Below, piece after piece: positions 57,288-64,000 of a stretch of 64,000 bases of DNA. The translations under genes were made by a program, and so were the position numbers. The number at the start of each line of letters is the position of its first letter. Position 1 is the stretch's first letter. Origin of the DNA: Steroidobacteraceae bacterium (GTDB lineage Bacteria; Pseudomonadota; Gammaproteobacteria; Steroidobacterales; Steroidobacteraceae); assembly GCA_035488895.1 (NCBI GenBank), contig DATHKV010000145.1:36472-100471 (forward strand). Reading direction: 5' to 3'. The notes under the pieces are model-generated. The model worked only from the letters and a program-made list of their open reading frames with translations, had not been told where the DNA came from and searched no databases.

Positions 57288-57838
57288 TCGAAGGTAATCG
57301 ACTCCGAATCCACCACGCGTGCCAAGCGGGGAAAAATGTACTTGAAACTGTGGGCGTGCGTCACCGCGCTCAAATCAGAGCAGAGATCCTCGCAAAGGAC
57401 GAGTTCGTAGCCGTGCTCCCAGGCACTTCGCGCCGTGGACTCAACCCCGATGCTCGAGGCAATGCCGCCCAACACGATCGTGTTCACCCCGCGGCGCCGC
57501 AGCTGCAAATCAAGATCCGTGCCGTAGAAGGCGCCCCACTGACGCTTGGTCACGATCACGTCCGATGGAGGCAGTGCTTCAGGAAACTCATCCCAACCAG
57601 CTGGCAGGGCCCTCATGTCGCTCGGCTGATCGACCCTTGCGCGCGGCGCATCACCGAAATTGCTGGCAAAAGACACGCGTACCCAGACGATGGGTCCGCC
57701 GGCCGCGCGAAGGCGGGATGCGAGCGCCTTCGAGCGCGCATAAACGGTGCTCGCAGGGTTGGGGAGAACCTGCATAGCCAGGACGCCTTTCTGCAGGTCG
57801 ATAAGTACCAGAGCCGTGGTCTTCGTATTCAATAGCAT
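57284..57838 (-). CDS. isochorismatase-family cysteine hydrolase
   Basis: TALVLIDLQKG. IVLGGIASSIGVESTARSAWEHGYELVL contains the catalytic Cys context. Its stop overlaps the downstream gene's start (ATGA). Confidence 0.8.
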   Translation of the reverse strand: MLLNTKTTALVLIDLQKGVLAMQVLPNPASTVYARSKALASRLRAAGGPIVWVRVSFASNFGDAPRARVDQPSDMRALPAGWDEFPEALPPSDVIVTKRQWGAFYGTDLDLQLRRRGVNTIVLGGIASSIGVESTARSAWEHGYELVLCEDLCSDLSAVTHAHSFKYIFPRLARVVDSESITFE

Positions 57839-57943
57839 GTTCTCTCTCGCAAAATTGGAAAAGGGGATAGCGATCAGGGGGTATACGGTCCGCTTATATG
57901 AGGGTATCATCATATAACTCGAATTATGAGGGGAGACTCATAA

Positions 57944-58549
57944 ATGTCAAGTCAAGCAGGGACCGCGGCGGCGGTTTTGCCGAAACGTCAGCGCGGCAAG
58001 CAACGTGTCGCCGAACTGCTCGCCGCCGGCGCGGCCGTTTTCGCCGAGAAAGGCTATGCGGCCGCGACCATGACGGAAATTGCTGCGCGTGCCGAGGCGC
58101 CTATCGGCTCGTTGTATCAGTTCTTTCCCTCCAAGGAAGCACTCGCCGACACGTTGGTGCAAAGCTATATCGCGTTGCTCACCGCAGACTTGGAATCGCT
58201 CGAGGCTCAGGCACGGAATCTCTCCACCGCGGCCCTCATCGAGGGTCTCTTTGCCGTGCTGCGGGCTCACCCGCAGGAGCGTGCAGCGACATTGCCCTTA
58301 GCCGAAGCCCGAATGGATGAGCGCACGCGTCGCGAGACATTTCGCTATCTGCTGCGCAAGCGTATCGCCTTGATCTTGCGCGCACGCTCGCCGACACTCT
58401 CCGCGGAGCGCGCGCGGGACCGCGCAATCGTGCTGTTGCAGCTCATGAAGGCTGCAAGTGCGCTCAACGACGAGGAGAGCTTAAGCGGCCGTTCAACCGC
58501 GCTTCGGGAACTACAGTCCCTGGCCGCCCAATACCTGGAGCAAAGATGA
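57944..58549 (+). CDS. TetR/AcrR-family transcriptional regulator
   Basis: HTH GYAATTMTEIAARAEAPIGSLYQFFPSKEAL. Divergent from the isochorismatase operon. Confidence 0.85.
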   Translation: MSSQAGTAAAVLPKRQRGKQRVAELLAAGAAVFAEKGYAAATMTEIAARAEAPIGSLYQFFPSKEALADTLVQSYIALLTADLESLEAQARNLSTAALIEGLFAVLRAHPQERAATLPLAEARMDERTRRETFRYLLRKRIALILRARSPTLSAERARDRAIVLLQLMKAASALNDEESLSGRSTALRELQSLAAQYLEQR

Positions 58550-58759
58550 AATCTCATCGCTGCACTCATTTCACTGCGGCCCAACGAATCAACCAACGAC
58601 CCGCTGTGTTCCGAGAGTAGGGCGAATCGTGAATCCGGAGGTGGCTTGCGCAGTACTTTGGCACCCGATTGGCGCCTTAGTTGTGAGATCCGGAGAGGAG
58701 TACGACACAGCCCCTTCCATCCGACGAGCAGATGAAAGGGGCTGTCATTTCCGGGCCGA

Positions 58760-59377
58760 CTAGCGCCGCGGGTCCGTCCCTGTGAATGACTCGCATGAAA
58801 CGTTGGGATGCCAGTTCACGAACGCACCGTTGGGATTGTCCTTCCACGCCCAGACGTGCAGTGTGTAGAACGCCGGGAGCCCGAAGCGATTGGGAGCGTC
58901 GAACAAATGAAACAGTTGTCCCATGAGCTGCGGCGGATCACCCGGATGGTTCTTGTCCCACCCTTCGGCGAGAATCAGATAGTCAGCACCGGTCAGGCGC
59001 ACGCGCCCGTCTGATGTCGGCTCGTAAATCACAATCTGGGGATGATTGAGCTTCACTTCACCCTTGCTGACCAGGTCCATGTTGACATAGTGGAGTCCCA
59101 TCGCACCTACGCTATCGCCGCTCACGCAGCCGAACAGAAGCTGATACCCGTCCGCCTCAGCCACCTGCACATTCTGAAAGCGCTCGGTCGCGTCTCGGAC
59201 CTTCTTCAGAAGGGTTCTCGCCTGGCTCCTTTGGTCCGCAGTGAGTTCGGCATTTTGCTGCGCCTGCGAATGAGAGTGGGCATCTTGCGCCTGCGCGGGC
59301 AGCTGAGCCAAGCTCATGAGGGCGAGGGCGCTGGCGGGAAGATGCAATTGTTGAACTAATCGTCTGAGTCTCTTCAT
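58760..59377 (-). CDS. secreted protein, unknown function
   Basis: AAGGAGG precedes ATG 59377. Signal ...LAQLPAQAQ. His/Gln-rich linker followed by a globular domain. Confidence 0.6.
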   Translation of the reverse strand: MKRLRRLVQQLHLPASALALMSLAQLPAQAQDAHSHSQAQQNAELTADQRSQARTLLKKVRDATERFQNVQVAEADGYQLLFGCVSGDSVGAMGLHYVNMDLVSKGEVKLNHPQIVIYEPTSDGRVRLTGADYLILAEGWDKNHPGDPPQLMGQLFHLFDAPNRFGLPAFYTLHVWAWKDNPNGAFVNWHPNVSCESFTGTDPRR

Positions 59378-59799
59378 ATAGCCTCCTTAACAAATTACTT
59401 GCATTGCGAAACAAGGAAGCGAGGATGAGACGTCGGGAATGACACCGCATCGGGTGCTCACCCCCAATTTTGCGATCCGGCACCCCTAGGTTTGTGGAGG
59501 AGGCTCAAGATTGGCTGGTGTCTGAATTTCCGCAGCGCCGATTCCGAAAACCGCGTGTTGAAACTAATTGGGTGCCGGCGTGTGTTATGGGTATTCGCAA
59601 TCGGGCGACCGGAAATGGAGGCATGGCAGATGGTTCCCCACGATTTCGTAATGATGGATACGGGAGAGCGGTTGAGCGTACGCGAGACGCGAGTCATGTT
59701 CGGCGTGGAAAATCATCTGCCGGAAGGCGTGGACTATTACGCTTGCGTCGCGGGACGGTGGGCGCACTATTCGCCGGAACAGAAATAGGCAGATTGACT

Positions 59800-60150
59800 A
59801 GGTAAGACGGAAAGGAACTGACTGGAAGGGGAGGTGCATTTCACCTCGAAGCCAATTGCTTTCGATGTGACAAACGTCGAAAGGGCTTTCAGTCCGAAAC
59901 CCATGTGAAGCGCGGCGATCGCGTCCTGGGCGGCACGAAACAATGGTCTCTAGAGTGGGCTTGCGACAGGATGTCGCAACGGACTCGACAGCGCTTCGGA
60001 TGAGAGTCCGGAAGGCAACTCAGAGTCACGCCTCTGAGTCCGCCGGTGCCAGGCGAGGGCAGGAAGCCCGAACTCCTGGCCAGACGGAGAAGGCTCAGGA
60101 ATCGCGGTAGTTTCGCGTCGTACACACGCGAGCTTTGCGTGGGCTTTTTT
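59800..60150 (+). ncRNA. candidate structured non-coding RNA (identity unknown; Csr/Rsm-type sponge is one hypothesis)
   Basis: No credible CDS. Perfect hairpins at 59831-59847, 59859-59883, 59961-59979 (loop AGGAT), 59981-60009, 60019-60038 and 60048-60080 (inner loop AGGAA). Ends in a terminator at 60125-60150. Confidence 0.3.
60125..60150 (+). terminator. rho-independent terminator
   Basis: CACGC-GAGCTTT-GCGTG followed by GGCTTTTTT. The stem is short (5 bp). Confidence 0.45.
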
Positions 60151-60152
60151 AC

Positions 60153-61130
60153 CTAAGGCAACTTGAACTGTCTCATCATATTGTCTTCGATCGCGGATCT
60201 CGAAGGCGACGGCCCCAGACCTGTGTTTTTGTAGTAAAGAGCCTTTAAAAAGGCTAGATCGCTGGCGGTAAGGGCAATAGGCTTCTCACGCGCGCCACAG
60301 CTTGTCGACATTAGATCCAAAATGCTCGGCAGCGGATCGCAATGATCGGGAGATTGTGCCACCGACATTGTGAGCATCGCTAAGTAATCGGCAATCGTCC
60401 CGACGGAGTACCCGACGACTCTCGTTGTGTCGACAACTAGGATGACAACCCCAATTCCACTGCCCGTTCCGCTAGCACCGCCGACACGCGTTCCCGTGGC
60501 ATTGCTTCCGGCGTAGTTTTGTTCGACCTGCGGCCAAACGGGTTGGACGCTAAACCCTACCAATGCCACGTCAGTACTCAATACAGCGGAGTCGCCACCT
60601 GTTACCAGAAACCAGCCCTGAATCGCGTGGTCGCTTTTGAACGCAATTAGATTCCTGCCACCGCCCGCATACCTATTGTGAAAGGCAGGCCCCGTCGCCC
60701 ATTTCACGACGGAATCCATTTTTTCCGAGGGGTTGCTCGTAAAAAGTATTTGCACATTGGATTTGCATTGTGGGTCCGATGCTACGGGTGCACCAACATA
60801 CGCGGCGAGCGCGCGAATTCGCGCCGTGACGAAGGCGTTGTATCCCGGGCTGAGCCCTTCAGTGAACGGACAAATGCTCTGCTTGCCTCCACGCCAACGT
60901 GCAGAGTTGCCCGTCGTCGTGGTATTCGCGTAGTGCGTTGTGGCGTGGTGCGAGATGAATGCATCCAGGCTGTTGCCCGCTAATTCCTGATCGGCAGGAG
61001 GGCTCGGCGCTTTGACGCTTACATCGCCGATTTCTGGTGTTTCGCCCGCACGAGGCGAGATATCAGCGCGCGCCGTCTCAGACAGTCCGAATATCACAAT
61101 AAGAAAGGGGAGAACGAGTTGAGTTCTCAT
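60153..61130 (-). CDS. secreted protein, unrecognised family, subtype B (copy B2)
   Basis: AGGAG precedes ATG 61130. Signal MRTQLVLPFLIVIFGLSETARA. Paralog of 28608..29519. Confidence 0.8.
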   Translation of the reverse strand: MRTQLVLPFLIVIFGLSETARADISPRAGETPEIGDVSVKAPSPPADQELAGNSLDAFISHHATTHYANTTTTGNSARWRGGKQSICPFTEGLSPGYNAFVTARIRALAAYVGAPVASDPQCKSNVQILFTSNPSEKMDSVVKWATGPAFHNRYAGGGRNLIAFKSDHAIQGWFLVTGGDSAVLSTDVALVGFSVQPVWPQVEQNYAGSNATGTRVGGASGTGSGIGVVILVVDTTRVVGYSVGTIADYLAMLTMSVAQSPDHCDPLPSILDLMSTSCGAREKPIALTASDLAFLKALYYKNTGLGPSPSRSAIEDNMMRQFKLP

Positions 61131-61251
61131 GGGTGATTTAACTCCTGTTGTCTGTTCGCATCCGCCAATCGCTGGTGTCCGTTTCAGCTGGTGACAACAT
61201 GATATGCCCATGTGTCGAAAACGGCATCTTATCCGCGGCGCGGAATTGGAC

Positions 61252-61296
61252 ACGAACGCTTCGTAATATTAACTTCGGGTGGCCAAATCATTAAAC
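61252..61296 (-). promoter_or_regulatory. conserved 45-nt upstream block (copy 1), putative promoter/operator of B2
   Basis: 38/45 nt identical (hand count) to 62627..62671. The minus strand reads GTTTAATGATTTGGCCACCCGAAGTTAATATTACGAAGCGTTCGT, with two TTAAT words 22 nt apart. Confidence 0.5.
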
Positions 61297-61489
61297 CTAT
61301 GCCGATACAGTTACTGCAGCGTCCCAATTCGACCTTCGCAAATAGCGATCCGCCTGTGGTGCGCACAATATGCACCAATGACCGCGATTACACGGTAGCC
61401 AAAGGAGGGGGCCCCGGAAAACAAATAAAGCGCTTCACCCGTGGTGCGCGCGACGATGTTTGATACGCGCCATTGCGTCGCGGCTAGCG

Positions 61490-61519
61490 AACAAGAAAGA
61501 GGGGGCCCGTGAGGCCCCC
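61490..61519 (-). terminator. rho-independent terminator downstream of A2
   Basis: Minus strand GGGGGCC-TCACG-GGCCCCC followed by TCTTTCTTGTT. Confidence 0.6.
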
Positions 61520-61654
61520 GAGAGTGACGGAACTGATTACTTACCGTTACGAGTGTTGTTGTCGTCAGTGTCGGTCTTGGAGCGGGGATGGGGACGAGTG
61601 AGGGATCGACGCGCCTGCGCGGATGTGCCTCGTGACTTCGCCAGCTGCTCGTGA

Positions 61655-62578
61655 TCAGGGCGTGAGATCGTTCACCACGGATGTCCTGATCTCGGCCAGC
61701 TGCATTTTGTCTTTATGGCTCGTGCGGTAAAGAGCTTTGAGGTAAGCTTGGTCCCATAAACTTAGACCCGCGGCGCGGCCCTTTTCTGAGGTCGAAAACA
61801 CGTTCAATATCGTGGGGGCGGCGCCTATCTTAGGGTCGGATCGAAGTTCTGCAAATCCAACCATCGCGATATACGCGGCAAGCTGCCCGAAGGTGACGCC
61901 GCTTTCCCTTACGCGTTGCGTGTCGACGATTACGACGACCGAGGTAAGGTCTCGCATCGAGCTAAATGCAATAGCGGAAGCCGCGCTCCCTGATCCAGAA
62001 CCGTCCGAGTTCACCCTAATTCCGAAATCATCATACAGTTCCGCGTTGTACCAAACGCGAACCGGGCTGGTCGAGCTGCGAAACCTGCGCACCAACGTGT
62101 AGTATCCATCTGTATACATTTCTGGGTGTTTCTTCTCGAGCCCCTTCAGCAGTTCACTCGGCTTCTCGGTCACGATGACGAAGAAGTTGGGTTTGCAGCG
62201 CTCGCGACCCAAAGGCGCGCCCGCGGCAAGTGCGATTCGCGACAAGCGAGCGAGGACGAATTCGCCTTCGTCGCGGGGCAATCCAGCGACCTGAGGGCAG
62301 ATTGTCGTCGGTTCTTCCCAACGCGCGAGGGAATCTCCGAAGCGTTGCATGGCAATGGCCGACACGAAGGTTCTCACTTGGCGTTCGAGTGACGCCCGCT
62401 GGGCTTCGACGGTAACCGTGTTGAGTTCCGTCTCAGATCGTTGCTCAGGGGGTTTGGCTGGCGGCTCTGCTGCAGCGGATGTAGCGAGCAATAATGCAAC
62501 CAGCGCCGCACGTCCTGGCGCGGGATAACTGCGGCGATATCTCGCAGACTTGTCGAACTGTGTCTCTGGCACTCGCAT
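61655..62578 (-). CDS. secreted protein, unrecognised family, subtype A (copy A2)
   Basis: ATG 62578 follows a G-rich RBS (alternative ATG 62599). Signal ...ALLLATSAAA. Paralog of A1/A3. Confidence 0.8.
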   Translation of the reverse strand: MRVPETQFDKSARYRRSYPAPGRAALVALLLATSAAAEPPAKPPEQRSETELNTVTVEAQRASLERQVRTFVSAIAMQRFGDSLARWEEPTTICPQVAGLPRDEGEFVLARLSRIALAAGAPLGRERCKPNFFVIVTEKPSELLKGLEKKHPEMYTDGYYTLVRRFRSSTSPVRVWYNAELYDDFGIRVNSDGSGSGSAASAIAFSSMRDLTSVVVIVDTQRVRESGVTFGQLAAYIAMVGFAELRSDPKIGAAPTILNVFSTSEKGRAAGLSLWDQAYLKALYRTSHKDKMQLAEIRTSVVNDLTP

Positions 62579-62626
62579 ACAATCCCCCCGCCCTCCCATG
62601 GCGATCAGCGATGCTCAGCGTACCAA

Positions 62627-62671
62627 ACGTACGCTTCGCCACATTAACTGGGGGTGGTCAAATCATTAAAC
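62627..62671 (-). promoter_or_regulatory. conserved 45-nt upstream block (copy 2), putative promoter/operator of A2
   Basis: Minus strand GTTTAATGATTTGACCACCCCCAGTTAATGTGGCGAAGCGTACGT. About 49 nt upstream of ATG 62578. Confidence 0.5.
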
Positions 62672-62810
62672 GCGCCGCTGCGATCGCGCCCAATCCCTGC
62701 ATAAATAGGCTTTTCGCGCATTTGACCCGCCAAATCAACCAGAGTAGAACTTAGCTCTTGAAACCGCTTGAAGACGGACTAGCGAAGGGTGCTGGTGTCG
62801 CGGAGGTGTC

Positions 62811-63734
62811 ATGGATGTCACGACGGTAGGGACACACCTTAGCTGTTGGATCGCAGCCGCATTACTTGTGCTCGCGAACATTTCTGGCGCCGCCAGAGCG
62901 GACTCGCTGGATCAGATCACCGTCCAGGCGCAGCGCGAGACATTGCGAAAACAAGTAGATCAATTCTTTCATTCAGCGATGCTGAAGCCCCTGTTTGACG
63001 AGTCACCGTTGCGCTGGGAAGACGCGGTTTGTCCTACAGTCGAGGGTATGATCCGACCGGCGGGAGAGTTCGTGTTGAGGCGTCTTTCCGAATTGGCGCG
63101 GGAATCGGGTGTTCCTTTAGCCAAGGACAATTGTAAACACCCGAATCTCTTCATCGTTGTCGCCAAAAATCCTGAGACTTTTTTAAAGCTATGGTGGCGT
63201 CGTCAGCCGAGAATGTACGACACGGCGCATGGCATTGCGCCGGTAAGGAGATTTATTGAAAAGTCGCGTCCCATCAGGGTCTGGTACAACATTGGATCGG
63301 GAGCTCTCTCAAACGAGATCTCGGGTTTACTCGCGGCGAGTGTAGATGCGGGGCTGGGAACAATAGACTACCCAATCGTTCGAGGGCCATCAACCGGCGC
63401 AAGCACTTTATTAATATTTCCCAAGGTGCGCCGCATTAGCACCGCACTCGTTGTAATCGATCCCGCGCAAGTCGCTGAACTTAGTATTGGACAATTTGCG
63501 GACTACATCGCAATGGTAAGCTTCGTCGAGATTAACCAAGATGCGGACCTCGGCGCGAATTCCACGATCCTCAATCTGCTCGCAGGTCCCAACGCCGAAG
63601 TGCCGCTCGAAATGACCCGTTGGGACAAAGCGTTGCTGCGAGCCTTATATACGTCGGAGCATGGGAATCGAATGCAAATGTCGCAGATGGAGACGAGGGC
63701 AATAAATATTCTGCAATCGAAGCCGTCCCCCTAG
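62811..63734 (+). CDS. secreted protein, unrecognised family, subtype A (copy A3)
   Basis: GGAGG precedes ATG 62811. Signal ...LANISGAARA. Plausible sigma-70 promoter TTGACC-17-TAGAAC at about 62732-62760. Confidence 0.8.
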   Translation: MDVTTVGTHLSCWIAAALLVLANISGAARADSLDQITVQAQRETLRKQVDQFFHSAMLKPLFDESPLRWEDAVCPTVEGMIRPAGEFVLRRLSELARESGVPLAKDNCKHPNLFIVVAKNPETFLKLWWRRQPRMYDTAHGIAPVRRFIEKSRPIRVWYNIGSGALSNEISGLLAASVDAGLGTIDYPIVRGPSTGASTLLIFPKVRRISTALVVIDPAQVAELSIGQFADYIAMVSFVEINQDADLGANSTILNLLAGPNAEVPLEMTRWDKALLRALYTSEHGNRMQMSQMETRAINILQSKPSP

Positions 63735-64000
63735 GGGCTTTGATGGTAGGCGAGGAAGTCTCCGCTGCAGCGAAGCAGAGAGCGGAGCGTGGCGGACCGA
63801 ACAGTTCGAGCCAGATGGAGGACGTATGGAATGGAAGCATCGAACTTTTAGGTTGATGGGAATCGTAACGTCGGCTGTGGTTATGTCGGCGTATGTGTGG
63901 TGTACCGAGTGCCGGCGGGGGTCTATGCCGTCAGCTTCGACGTGGGCCCACCGCTGAATGCGCCAACCTTCCTCGTGCCAGCCGGACACGCCGTCTATGT

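Noticed and set aside
59387-59404. GacA-box-like element TGCAAG-N6-GTTAAG as promoter element for the candidate sRNA
   Set aside because: Only one half-site fits the TGTAAG-N6-CTTACA consensus. It lies about 400 nt from the structured region and within the 5' leader of the minus-strand gene 58760..59377.
59981-60038. SRP (4.5S) RNA or RNase P identity for the hairpin-rich region because of AGUCCGGAAGG
   Set aside because: The stem flanking the GGAA would have a U.C mismatch where SRP helix 8 pairs. The conserved symmetric and asymmetric loop sequences are missing. RNase P CR-I/CR-IV strings (GGAAAGUCCGGGCU, ACAGAACCCGGCUUA) are absent.
59470-60125. ORFs 59470..59805, 59492..59788 and 59889..60125 as protein genes
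   Set aside because: They have Arg/Ser/Gly-rich composition, alternative start codons and no RBS. The region is better explained as structured non-coding RNA. Only a 57-codon ATG-initiated sub-ORF (59615..59788) remains possible, and it is unsupported.
63852-64000. Open frame at the window end (...YRVPAGVYAVSFDVGPPLNAPTFLVPAGHAVY)
   Set aside because: It looks protein-like, but fewer than 50 codons are visible, there is no clear start, and there is no recognisable motif. That is too little to call.

Overview
GC-rich, gene-dense chromosomal segment that looks proteobacterial: csrA, a UrcA-family protein, a YghZ-like aldo/keto reductase, and LytS/LytTR and NarL-type two-component systems. The lineage cannot be fixed without a database search. 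I support about 70 CDS, one tRNA-Met(CAT), three intrinsic terminators and three decayed gene remnants. I saw no rRNA, CRISPR array, integrase, transposase or prophage genes. The content falls into three groups. (i) Many secreted hydrolases and peptidases: CocE/NonD, DUF885, type-B carboxylesterase, DegP, class-C-like serine hydrolase, retropepsin-like protease, S9 peptidase, polysaccharide deacetylase. (ii) Numerous small signal-peptide proteins and lipoproteins of unknown function. (iii) Many regulators: two classical TCS, a hybrid kinase, PadR, TetR, AraC, SARP, a CadC-like wHTH-TPR protein and CsrA. The most interesting feature is a five-member family of secreted proteins that I cannot assign to any named domain. 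It is organised as a duplicated two-gene cassette (28.6-30.6 kb and 60.2-62.6 kb) plus a divergent fifth copy (62.8-63.7 kb). The first cassette abuts a MacB/Lol-like ABC exporter that lacks a fusion protein, and a translationally coupled PadR / membrane protein / signal peptidase I operon. Two family members carry a conserved 45-nt upstream block. Other leads: a membrane-spanning TIR protein whose periplasmic TolB-like/TPR sensor is paralogous to that of a wHTH regulator in the same window; a hairpin-rich, terminator-bounded non-coding region with GGA-loop hairpins (possible CsrA-binding sRNA); an orphan terminator in a ~590-bp gene-less gap; a membrane-anchored sigma-70 region-4-like protein next to the tRNA; and a membrane MutS-like ATPase. 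All functional calls rest on motifs read by eye; no searches were run.
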